IMG/VR virus record: IMGVR_UViG_3300030116_006124
Coordinates: 1-58,537 of that record
Source: a virus
Lineage: Duplodnaviria; Caudoviricetes
DNA: 58,537 nt
Strand: one strand, 5' to 3'
Both the position numbers and the translations under genes were made by a program. The notes under the pieces are model-generated. The model was not told where the DNA came from, made no database searches, and saw nothing but the letters and a program-made list of their open reading frames with translations. Below are positions 36,992 to 45,459 of this stretch, one piece after another. How positions within the stretch are numbered: the first letter of the stretch is position 1; each line of letters starts with the position of its first letter.

Positions 36992-38166
36992 CAGAAACAC
37001 CTGCCCAAGAAACACCCGAAATTGCACCAGAAAACGCTGTAGAGAATATTCCTACAATGGAACAGCCAGAAGAGGCTCCGAGCTTTACTGATGCCCTTGA
37101 AGCGGCTTTAAGTGAGCTTAGTAATCCAACACCTGAACCAACTCCAGAGCCCGCTGTTGAGGAAGCTCCAGAACCCGCTGTTGAGGAAGCCCCTGAATCT
37201 GTTGAGGAGGTAGCCGAAGAACCTAAATCTATAGACCCCATAGAAGATTTAAATGATGATATTGGAGATAACTGGACTCCAAAAGCAGCGAATAGATTTA
37301 AACAGCTAAAGGATGAATTAAAAAATAACCAATCTGAATCTGAAAAATTAAGGCAACTCGTTGCTGATCAGGAACAAAAGATCAAAGAAATGTCTGGTTT
37401 GATAGAAAACAGAGACATTGACCAACTACAGGATCGTATCGCTATTTACGAACACGAGAAAGTGATCAATGATCTTGAGTCTACTGATGCGTACAATGAA
37501 GCAGTAACGCAGCCTTTGCAGGAAGTTGTTACACAGGCTAGTGAAATCGCTGATAAATATGAGATAGACCCTGACGCATTGATTGACGCACTATCCTTAG
37601 ATGAAGCCGATGCACAGGATCAGGCACTCATGGAACTATTGCCTAATGCTACGGACAGAGATAAAGCTCGTATATACAATATTATAGATAAGATTGACCC
37701 GATACTAGATCGTCGTAACCACTTAATGGAGAATGCAGAAGAAGCTCTTGAGGAAGCTAAAGCTATTGAGGAGCAGCAGTACAATCAGGAACTCGCAGAA
37801 GAAGCACGTATTAGAAGTGTAGTTACTAAGAATGTGGCTGAAAGAGTATCTGAGAAACTACCTTTCCTTAGTGGGGTAGATGGTTTTGATATGAACGAGG
37901 TAAAGGAAAGTGTTTCCGAAATTAATCCTGAAACACTACACCCAGTGGATTTCGCTTATAATGCTGTAGCTGCTAAGTTACTTCCTGTTATTGTTGAACA
38001 GTATATAAAAACTCGTAGAGAGGCAGAGAGTTTAACTGATCAGTTAGCAACATACGAAGAGGCTGAACCTACGATGTCAGGATCTCCAAAATCAGATTCT
38101 ACTAGCCCAAGAAGTTCAGGACTAAGTTTTGCAGAATCTATAGAAGCGGCACTAAGTGGTTCTTAG
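36970..38166 (+). CDS. Probable capsid scaffolding protein
   Basis: Very acidic, PE-rich N-terminus, coiled coil, repeated SF.(D/E)..EAALS at both ends. Confidence 0.6.
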   Translation: MDAHTAVAETPAQETPEIAPENAVENIPTMEQPEEAPSFTDALEAALSELSNPTPEPTPEPAVEEAPEPAVEEAPESVEEVAEEPKSIDPIEDLNDDIGDNWTPKAANRFKQLKDELKNNQSESEKLRQLVADQEQKIKEMSGLIENRDIDQLQDRIAIYEHEKVINDLESTDAYNEAVTQPLQEVVTQASEIADKYEIDPDALIDALSLDEADAQDQALMELLPNATDRDKARIYNIIDKIDPILDRRNHLMENAEEALEEAKAIEEQQYNQELAEEARIRSVVTKNVAERVSEKLPFLSGVDGFDMNEVKESVSEINPETLHPVDFAYNAVAAKLLPVIVEQYIKTRREAESLTDQLATYEEAEPTMSGSPKSDSTSPRSSGLSFAESIEAALSGS

Positions 38167-38504
38167 ATAATTTTATCCATTATACGACATATTAATTTAG
38201 TTGAAGGATACCAATTAAAAATATCTAGAATCCACACAAACATTCGATAACGGAAAAAAGTTTCTTTTGCATAGTAAGGATCATCACTGACCCTTTTCCA
38301 AATCGTATAGCCTTTACCTTGAGCACAAATAAAAAACTTACGCTGATCACTGACGTAATAGCGTTCGATCCATATCTGATGATCACGGATCTTAGATTTT
38401 TTAATTATCTTTTTAGGCTTATGCATTGAAAAAACGGCATATAATTTACGCCATTTTCTCAATATATTCGTATGAAAGATTTTCATGTGGGCTACGCACC
38501 CCAC
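38163..38504 (-). CDS. Hypothetical protein (start uncertain)
   Basis: ORF only. Confidence 0.35.
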   Translation of the reverse strand: MGCVAHMKIFHTNILRKWRKLYAVFSMHKPKKIIKKSKIRDHQIWIERYYVSDQRKFFICAQGKGYTIWKRVSDDPYYAKETFFRYRMFVWILDIFNWYPSTKLICRIMDKII

Positions 38505-38860
38505 ATCACACGAACTCTGAACATTTCTTGGTTAATCCAGCTTTGGATCTTTCCATTTGCATCTTTATATTGTAGCCTAAAAGAAATATATTCGTTGAAA
38601 TTACTTCTTATAGGGACAAAAGGTCTATGCCACAAGTACTCTGGGTCTATAACCCCATCTTGATCTACCTGTTTTACTTCAACGATATACCATATTGGTC
38701 GGTCGAAAGTAGAATCTGATATCCACCCCAACGTAATAATACCGCTGTAAATGTCATGCTCGATAGTAATTTTAGGTATTGGAGGTATAGTCCCCCAATG
38801 ATCATCTGCTTTAATTGTTGTGGGAAAGCAAAGTAGCAGGGCTATTAGTAACCACTTCAA
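38492..38860 (-). CDS. Secreted hypothetical protein
   Basis: Signal peptide MKWLLIALLLCFPTTIKA. Confidence 0.6.
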   Translation of the reverse strand: MKWLLIALLLCFPTTIKADDHWGTIPPIPKITIEHDIYSGIITLGWISDSTFDRPIWYIVEVKQVDQDGVIDPEYLWHRPFVPIRSNFNEYISFRLQYKDANGKIQSWINQEMFRVRVMWGA

Positions 38861-39036
38861 TAACTTTTATTCATTCTAGATTCAACGGCTTCAGTGAAAG
38901 ATTTACGTTTCTTTTTAGGTTTCGTATGGGTATACCCCTTCTTTTTTAACTCAAGGTGTTTTTTATAAGTACCTGCTTTGACTCCTTTACCAGTCTTAGG
39001 GTCATACATCATGTGTGGTTTAAAATCCTTTTTCAT
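38857..39036 (-). CDS. Small basic protein (59 aa, not in ORF track)
   Basis: MKKDFKPHMMYDPKTGKGVKA...HLELKKKGYTH, coupled on both sides. Confidence 0.6.
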   Translation of the reverse strand: MKKDFKPHMMYDPKTGKGVKAGTYKKHLELKKKGYTHTKPKKKRKSFTEAVESRMNKSY

Positions 39037-39305
39037 TTTTTCTTTTTCTTTTTCTTTTTCTTTTTATATGCAGCTTTTAAGAAAGCTGCACGTTCAGCTT
39101 TAGTGTATTTAGCTCTCTGCTTACCAGCAGCAGTCGCTTTTCGTTTCCTACGAGTTCCCGCAGCATATTCAGCAGCAGACAAACTCTTAATAGCTTTTTC
39201 TGGTAAATATCTCTCCCCTGTTTCAGAAGACTTCTTGCCAGATTTAGTACGCCACTTTTGTTTAGTCCATTCCTTTAGGCTCTTTTGTGATTTCTTCAAG
39301 GCCAT
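39033..39305 (-). CDS. Small basic conserved phage protein
   Basis: SLKEWTKQKWRTKSGK.S.ETGERYLP motif. Confidence 0.7.
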   Translation of the reverse strand: MALKKSQKSLKEWTKQKWRTKSGKKSSETGERYLPEKAIKSLSAAEYAAGTRRKRKATAAGKQRAKYTKAERAAFLKAAYKKKKKKKKKK

Positions 39306-39490
39306 TACTTATAACCTCCTCCAGCTTTTTTGTATTTCACAGCTAATAATTGAGCTTTTCTTGCTGACCATTGTCCTGCACGGCCTCCTTTAGTACCTGC
39401 TTTTATCTGTTCGAAGAGTCTTTTACGTAAAGAAGGTTTTGTATAGTTACCTGCTTCGTTAACCCTTGATTTCTTTTTTCTTTTTTTCAT
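39305..39490 (-). CDS. Small basic conserved phage protein (DUF5872-like)
   Basis: NYTKP.LR...GG.AGQWSARKAQLLA..YKKAGGGYK. Confidence 0.7.
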   Translation of the reverse strand: MKKRKKKSRVNEAGNYTKPSLRKRLFEQIKAGTKGGRAGQWSARKAQLLAVKYKKAGGGYK

Positions 39491-39783
39491 TACCAGAGTT
39501 TTTTGCAAGCCCAATAGCGAGCTGTTGTTTTATCTTTTGCTGTATCACAGTTGTGTCTAGATCTAAAATTTTTACGTCTTTTGGGGTCTTTATGTTGTCT
39601 AAAATCTTGATAGTCTCTGTGTCCAAAACCTACTTTTTTAATTTTATCACCTTGTTTACCTAAAACAACAAACTTCTTTTTACTGCCTTTAGGAGCTACT
39701 TTTGGTTTGTTAAAACCCGAAAATAATTCACCATGATATTTAATTTTCCCTGAAGGAAGTCTTTTGAATCTAGCTTTGGACAT
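39490..39783 (-). CDS. Small basic conserved phage protein
   Basis: KKFVV...KKVGFG...RRKNFRSRHNCD...ARYWAC. Confidence 0.7.
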   Translation of the reverse strand: MSKARFKRLPSGKIKYHGELFSGFNKPKVAPKGSKKKFVVLGKQGDKIKKVGFGHRDYQDFRQHKDPKRRKNFRSRHNCDTAKDKTTARYWACKKLW

Positions 39784-39834
39784 TAGTTAAATTTTTTTCT
39801 GGTTATCTATTACAATATGTGCATATTATAAAAT

Positions 39835-40029
39835 ATGAATTACAAGAATTTATTTTATTTATTGGGTTTAGCTTTTATAGCTGTGTGTAATATATCATGT
39901 GAAACTACAGATGCAAAAGTTGGCCTTCCTGTTCCTTTTACTGACCCTGCTGTTAGAGTTGCTCTAGATGTTAAAGCTGCAGTTATACCTCCTAAGTTTT
40001 GTATAGGATTAGATATTAAAGAAGATTAA
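39835..40029 (+). CDS. Small lipoprotein
   Basis: Hydrophobic signal followed by NISC lipobox-like Cys. Confidence 0.5.
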   Translation: MNYKNLFYLLGLAFIAVCNISCETTDAKVGLPVPFTDPAVRVALDVKAAVIPPKFCIGLDIKED

Positions 40030-40030
40030 C

Positions 40031-40219
40031 ATGCCTACTTTAGGGGATACACCTACTTTAGAGAAACTAACAGGAACAAGTTTATTGTCCTCTGACAGCG
40101 ATTCTGTTACTGTAATAGCTCGTGGAGATATGCTTTCTTTTTTTGATATGTCTACTAGACGAGTTAAATCAATAACGGTTCAGGATCTAGGAGAGGCTTT
40201 AGGGCTTACATTCTCATAA
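40031..40219 (+). CDS. Small virion decoration/anchor-like protein
   Basis: MPTLGD...FDMSTRRVKSITVQDLGEALG, similar to the N-terminus of 40223. Confidence 0.5.
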   Translation: MPTLGDTPTLEKLTGTSLLSSDSDSVTVIARGDMLSFFDMSTRRVKSITVQDLGEALGLTFS

Positions 40220-40222
40220 TAC

Positions 40223-41803
40223 ATGCCATCATTAGACGGAGTTGAAGCAACCCCACAACTAACGGATCTTCAGTTCGGATACGATGATCTTATACCTATA
40301 TATGATGTATCGGAGCGAAAAGCAAAAGCAACCACATTCCGTGATTTACTTGAAGCTCTAGGGTATAAAGGCACTTCAGTTATTGATGCCTTGCGAGTCT
40401 ATAAGGCTAATAATTCAGCTTCTGGTGAACCCCCTATTAACGATCAGTACTTTACACAAACTGATGGTACTGACACAACGAGCACTCTAACATTTAATCC
40501 TAATTGTTGGGCTGCTCGTTTTGATTTAACAGGCACTGCTTGGCATGCACCTAATGCTAACGGTCAGGGAGCACGTAGAGCGCATTTGATTGGCCCAAGA
40601 GCTGTTGTTTTTGCAGAGCATTACTCACCGAATGGCCCGATGACTTTTACTAATGCACAAGGGCAGCGGTTTACTTATTCTTTTGCTACAGGGACGGTTA
40701 ATTCAAACACTGAAAATTTACTTACTTATTCTGAAAGTTTTTTAAGTACTACCCCTTTTGCGAAATGGACTGTAGGAAGTGGAGCATCAACGACTACTCA
40801 ATCAGAGGTGACTGACCCTGAAGATTATGGTCTTTATATCCCTTGGAAGTTAATTGGTGGGGACACCCATGCTTATGGTGTTGTTTATAGAGCCATTTCA
40901 GGATTGAGTACAGGAACGGTTTACAACATATCTTGTCATTTTAAAAAAGGGACAAGTGATTTAATTAGACTTGGTTTGTATGATAATAATACACCTCCTA
41001 ATCTTCAATACCTAGAGATTGCTTTTGACAGTGATGGGGTTCCAAGTACATCAGACAATTCAGACAGTGTAGGGTACATCCAATACACGCCCGTAGGAAC
41101 AAAAGGTTGGTATAGATGTTCTTTTGCAGTCAGTGCATTAAATGTAGACGGTACACAAACATTTGCTATATATCCAGATAGAAGTGCTTCTAGTAAGTTT
41201 GTCTATGCTTCTGGTGCTCAAGTCAGTACAGGATCATCCCTTAAACCATATCAAAAAACAGAAGCATCTGCGGTCACGAGTGGGATAACTTATCAGTCAA
41301 CGCATGATATGTCTACGATTAGCGATGATGCGAAGATTGGGATACTAGACGTAGGGGCATCTAACACAAGCGTCGATACTAGTTTGCGTTTATATGAAAT
41401 AGCAACTTCAGTTCAAGAAGGGGAGTTTTTATTACACACAAGATCTCGCCAAAGTTCAACTACAGATTTTCCAATTAGACAAAGAGTTCACTTTACTCAG
41501 TCTCATAACTCTTATAGCAGAACATCTACCCCAGCATTTATTTCTATGAGGCAACCACCAGCAGCAACAAGTAGTCCATTTCACGCTTATATGGATGACA
41601 CTGGAAATTACGATTCTTCAGATGGTGTATTTACTGTGGATGATAATAATATACCAAAGTTATTAATGGTTAATAAGGAAATTGATTCCGTAGGCGGTAA
41701 TTTTACTAAAGGCCCGTATTATGGTAACCCAAAAATTCGACGAGAGATAGATGCATTTCTCACTGCTTGGGGAACAACAAGAGGTGGGAGAGACCCTTAT
41801 TAA
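40223..41803 (+). CDS. Fibre/spike-like virion protein with carbohydrate-binding-like module
   Basis: NLLTYSE.F...W and GWYRCS module shared with 50104-53358; S/T/G-rich. Confidence 0.55.
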   Translation: MPSLDGVEATPQLTDLQFGYDDLIPIYDVSERKAKATTFRDLLEALGYKGTSVIDALRVYKANNSASGEPPINDQYFTQTDGTDTTSTLTFNPNCWAARFDLTGTAWHAPNANGQGARRAHLIGPRAVVFAEHYSPNGPMTFTNAQGQRFTYSFATGTVNSNTENLLTYSESFLSTTPFAKWTVGSGASTTTQSEVTDPEDYGLYIPWKLIGGDTHAYGVVYRAISGLSTGTVYNISCHFKKGTSDLIRLGLYDNNTPPNLQYLEIAFDSDGVPSTSDNSDSVGYIQYTPVGTKGWYRCSFAVSALNVDGTQTFAIYPDRSASSKFVYASGAQVSTGSSLKPYQKTEASAVTSGITYQSTHDMSTISDDAKIGILDVGASNTSVDTSLRLYEIATSVQEGEFLLHTRSRQSSTTDFPIRQRVHFTQSHNSYSRTSTPAFISMRQPPAATSSPFHAYMDDTGNYDSSDGVFTVDDNNIPKLLMVNKEIDSVGGNFTKGPYYGNPKIRREIDAFLTAWGTTRGGRDPY

Positions 41804-41856
41804 AGTAATTTGCTTTTACCAGCACTTAATGTATTTTTATGTAAACATTACATATC

Positions 41857-42195
41857 ATGGCATTAAGATTTAAATTCAAAGCAAGACCAGAAAGCAGAAG
41901 ACCACGTTTCGGTGGTTCAGGAAGCCCTTCTAAAAGAACTAGAGGTGGTTCAATGAATCGTCTTAGAAAGAAAAAAGAAGAAGAAGAAGAAAAAGAGCCT
42001 AAACAAACTCAGAGTTTATCTAGAGGAGCTAAAGCTGCTGCTAGTATAGCTAGTAAGCTAGGGTCTGATGTTATGGGAGCTGTTGAAGATGTCAAAAAAG
42101 AAATGGCTGCTGGAATGAAAAAGGACGATAAAAAGGAAAAAGAAAAAAGAGGCAGCGGTATGGTGTTCCGTATGGGTCAAATGTACAATAAGTAA
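41857..42195 (+). CDS. Low-complexity charged hypothetical protein
   Basis: 112-aa ORF. Confidence 0.5.
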   Translation: MALRFKFKARPESRRPRFGGSGSPSKRTRGGSMNRLRKKKEEEEEKEPKQTQSLSRGAKAAASIASKLGSDVMGAVEDVKKEMAAGMKKDDKKEKEKRGSGMVFRMGQMYNK

Positions 42196-42203
42196 TTCTC
42201 TTA

Positions 42204-42232
42204 TTGACTTTCCATAAGAATAAATTTACTTT
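42204..42232 (+). promoter_or_regulatory. Sigma70-like promoter for the major capsid gene
   Basis: TTGACT-N17-TACTTT. Confidence 0.45.
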
Positions 42233-42251
42233 TACCTATCGCATTCAGATA

Positions 42252-42350
42252 GGTTGCTCTAGCCATTAATTAGTTCAGTCTGCATGTGATCAGAGCTGAG
42301 TCTCTTAGACATAAATCTTGTGGGTTGCTCTAGCCTTTCCCAATTAGTTC
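42252..42350 (+). promoter_or_regulatory. Duplicated motif in the capsid 5' leader
   Basis: GGTTGCTCTAGCC-N3/N6-AATTAGTTC at 42252-42276 and 42323-42350. Confidence 0.6.
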
Positions 42351-42449
42351 TAATTAAGCAAGGTTATACGATATTGAAACTAGATTGCTTCGCCTTCTAA
42401 AGGGGAGTGGTCTGCCTTAACTTATAATTTTATTAACTAATTTAATACA

Positions 42450-43775
42450 ATGGGACATACATTTAACCCTGTTACCGACGGTACTGTCGCCATCGAGACT
42501 GTTCTCGCTGAAGAGGCTAACCGCATTGGTGCAGACATACATAGACAAACTATCCATACAAGTCCTTGGATGGATCTTATTAGACAAACAACATTCCCAG
42601 ATCAGTCTGGTGGATTCTTAACAACTCTAGTTTACGACAGAGCCATTCCAGTATCTGCAGCAGGAGGCAGCACTGGAACACCTACTGCAGGTCAAGTCGG
42701 AGCCGACTGGACTAACGTAGCTGCCTCTGAAGGTAGCGGAACTTTAGGTACATCAACTCTCGATCAGCCATTACCAAACGGTGATACAATGGCTACTGAA
42801 GTTGGGCCTAATGTCGTTGCAGGTACATCATTTGTACATTTCGGTAAAAAGCTCAAGCAGTACCAGCTTGCAAGAGCTGCCATTGAGTCACCACGCATAT
42901 CTCTAAATGACATGCGTTTTGCTGCTCACCGTGGAGAACAACTTCGTGCGATCATGGATCTTCTTACTGAAGCTACCCGCTACACTTGGGAGAACCGTTA
43001 TCGTGATGAGTATGCTCGTCTCTCTGACGGATATGTTGGATGTAAGACTACTGGAACCGCTCTCGACGGGCAAGACGGAACCTTTGAAGGGGACGGCATC
43101 GATCAAGTGCTTGACCTTAGTGCTGCAGGAGTTGCTGGCATTCCTGATGCTAACATTTCAAATGCAATTCTTGATAAGTGTTACTTCAACTTGATTCGTA
43201 GAGGTGCAGGTACTAATGCTTACGGCCGTGAGAATGGCCGTCCAGTTTTTGGACTTGTCATTTCATCTGAGGCATCTTATCAGCTTCAGACTGAAGCAGG
43301 TTTCCGTGATGATGTTCGTTACAATAATGCAGCAGTAAGTGATCTTATTGCTCCATTAGGAATCGAGAAATCTTTCAGAGGTTTCTATCACTTAGTTGAC
43401 GATCTTGCTCCAAGGTTCTCTTTGGCAAGTACTGATCAGTTTACACGAATAGCTCCTTACACAGTATCGAGTGGCGTATCTACTTATAACAGTGCTTACG
43501 ATTCTGCTTCTTACGAGGCTGCATTTATTTTGCATCCTGACGTAATGGAGTCTCAGATTCCACAGCCGTTAAGCTCAGTTGGTAGTGGCGTTACATTCAA
43601 CGCAAACGACTACAAAGGTGAGTTCAAGTGGTTGAACATCCCTGATGCTGTCATTAACCCTGACAGTGAGACTGGATTCTTCAGAGGTATCCTTGCATCT
43701 GCTTCTAAGCCGATCAAGACAGACTTCGGATTTATGATTCTATTCAAGAGGGACTCAAGCACACCTGCTGCTTAA
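42450..43775 (+). CDS. Major capsid protein
   Basis: 441 aa, long leader, own promoter, strong terminator after it, biased codon usage; positional inference. Confidence 0.7.
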   Translation: MGHTFNPVTDGTVAIETVLAEEANRIGADIHRQTIHTSPWMDLIRQTTFPDQSGGFLTTLVYDRAIPVSAAGGSTGTPTAGQVGADWTNVAASEGSGTLGTSTLDQPLPNGDTMATEVGPNVVAGTSFVHFGKKLKQYQLARAAIESPRISLNDMRFAAHRGEQLRAIMDLLTEATRYTWENRYRDEYARLSDGYVGCKTTGTALDGQDGTFEGDGIDQVLDLSAAGVAGIPDANISNAILDKCYFNLIRRGAGTNAYGRENGRPVFGLVISSEASYQLQTEAGFRDDVRYNNAAVSDLIAPLGIEKSFRGFYHLVDDLAPRFSLASTDQFTRIAPYTVSSGVSTYNSAYDSASYEAAFILHPDVMESQIPQPLSSVGSGVTFNANDYKGEFKWLNIPDAVINPDSETGFFRGILASASKPIKTDFGFMILFKRDSSTPAA

Positions 43776-43782
43776 TTCTAAA

Positions 43783-43810
43783 GTGGGGTTCCTATAAAAG
43801 GGAACCCCAC
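43783..43810 (+). terminator. Stem-loop terminator after the capsid gene
   Basis: GTGGGGTTCC / GGAACCCCAC. Confidence 0.7.
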
Positions 43811-43838
43811 ATAATATTAATTCTAACTATTAAAAATT

Positions 43839-44429
43839 ATGCCAACTTTAGATGATACAACAACTCTACAAACTAATTCTGCTGTTGCGGGAAACGATGC
43901 CCTCCTTATATCCAACAAAGATTCTGGTGGGAGTAGTTTAATCCAACAAGTACCAGCAGCTCTTATCAGAGAAGGTTTTTCTCATGCGTTTTTGTTTAAC
44001 TTTGATAATGCTACATTAGCTGCTGACGCTACCGAAAATGCTATTACCTTTGATGTATATACATTTGTAGCAGGGGATAAAATCAACCTAGTTCGGTTAG
44101 TAACTACTAAAGCCTTTACTGGAGATGACGGTGCTGGTGGCTCTTTATCTGGATGTGTAGTAGCTGTAGGCTCTCAAAGTGCTGATCCAGATGGTTTTAT
44201 AACAAATACTGACGTAAGATCAGTAGGTTTTGTTGACAACACTGGTGCTCTGATTGATGGCGAAGCTGATGTAATCGGAGGGTATAATATCCCAACCGCT
44301 GGTCATACTTTAAGAGTCACATTCAACCCTGCGGGAGTTAACAACAATGAACTCACAGCAGGTCAATTTGTTGTTTTAGCTAACATTGTTAATGCCGCTA
44401 ATTATGCTGATTGTGTTCCTGCTCAATAG
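43839..44429 (+). CDS. Probable capsid decoration/cement protein
   Basis: 196 aa, beta-rich, follows MCP, MPTLDD start. Confidence 0.5.
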   Translation: MPTLDDTTTLQTNSAVAGNDALLISNKDSGGSSLIQQVPAALIREGFSHAFLFNFDNATLAADATENAITFDVYTFVAGDKINLVRLVTTKAFTGDDGAGGSLSGCVVAVGSQSADPDGFITNTDVRSVGFVDNTGALIDGEADVIGGYNIPTAGHTLRVTFNPAGVNNNELTAGQFVVLANIVNAANYADCVPAQ

Positions 44430-44458
44430 AGAGTAATACCATACCAAATCACAATAAT

Positions 44459-44500
44459 CCCCGATCCTCTTGCAAAAGGAGGGGATCGGGGTTATTTATT
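44459..44500 (+). terminator. Rho-independent terminator
   Basis: CCCCGATCC...GGATCGGGG followed by TTATTTATT. Confidence 0.7.
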
Positions 44501-44526
44501 TATACATATATAAACAAAATAAATTT

Positions 44527-44889
44527 ATGGAAAAAGTAGAAAAAAACGAAATGGAAGATGAAATGGAAGATGAAATGGAAGCAGGGGATGACTCTTTTGT
44601 TATTGCCATTGAAAAAGCTATGATGGAACCGTCTGAAGAACCATCTGAAGAACCATCTGAAGAACCATCTGAAGAACCATCTGAAGAACCATCTGAAGAA
44701 CCGATGAAAGGTAGTGATGATATGGCAATGTCATTGTTCATGGAGCTTTTTGGAGAAGAGTTCAATGCTGAAGATGAAGAACATCAAGAGCAAATGGAAA
44801 TGCTAATGATGTTTATAAAAGAAAATCCAGACTCATCACCCGCACAACTAATCACAAAGTTCATGCGTGAGAACGTAGAAGACTCTTAA
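44527..44889 (+). CDS. Acidic protein with EEPS repeats
   Basis: Probable start MEKVEK; the TTG start at 44470 lies inside the terminator. Confidence 0.55.
   Translation: MEKVEKNEMEDEMEDEMEAGDDSFVIAIEKAMMEPSEEPSEEPSEEPSEEPSEEPSEEPMKGSDDMAMSLFMELFGEEFNAEDEEHQEQMEMLMMFIKENPDSSPAQLITKFMRENVEDS
44629..44700 (+). repeat. 12-bp tandem repeat x6 (CCATCTGAAGAA)
   Basis: Five exact units plus one with a single mismatch. Confidence 0.9.
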
Positions 44890-44897
44890 TAAACATT

Positions 44898-45458
44898 ATG
44901 GCTCAATCATTATCAGGAATCAATATCCGCACCAGCATTATAGCAACAATGGCTGGTCAAGGTACTAATGTGCAAAATGATATACGAATAGGTAGGACAC
45001 TAAGTGTAAACCCTACTAGTTCTGAAGCAGATATTGTATATTCTGTAAAGTTCACATCAACGGCTGCTTCTGATCAAATAAGTTGGGATCTCGACCTACA
45101 TAAATTTTCTGCTGCTGGTGGTGATTCTCCTTCGGCTTTAGATAGAACAGGGCATACTTTTACTGGTTTCGCCTCTAATGGTGGGACACCATCATCTCCA
45201 ACAGACGCAGTGGGAGATATTATTCCAGCAGCATCTAAGATTGTAGCTATGCATTATGAGACAGATTCCACAAATACTGGGGATATAGTAATTGCATCAA
45301 CAGATAATAAGTTTGGTGATATTACTTTAGGTAGTGGAAATAGTCTTACAAGGTCAGCCTTACTTATCCCAAGAGCAGATCCTACAGATGTTAACATAAC
45401 TATAACATTCGCAGCTAGTGGCGATGACCTAACAGTTGTAGTTTTAGCAAAAGACTAA
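44898..45458 (+). CDS. Virion structural protein
   Basis: 186 aa, S/T/D-rich, in structural operon. Confidence 0.5.
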   Translation: MAQSLSGINIRTSIIATMAGQGTNVQNDIRIGRTLSVNPTSSEADIVYSVKFTSTAASDQISWDLDLHKFSAAGGDSPSALDRTGHTFTGFASNGGTPSSPTDAVGDIIPAASKIVAMHYETDSTNTGDIVIASTDNKFGDITLGSGNSLTRSALLIPRADPTDVNITITFAASGDDLTVVVLAKD

Positions 45459-45459
45459 T

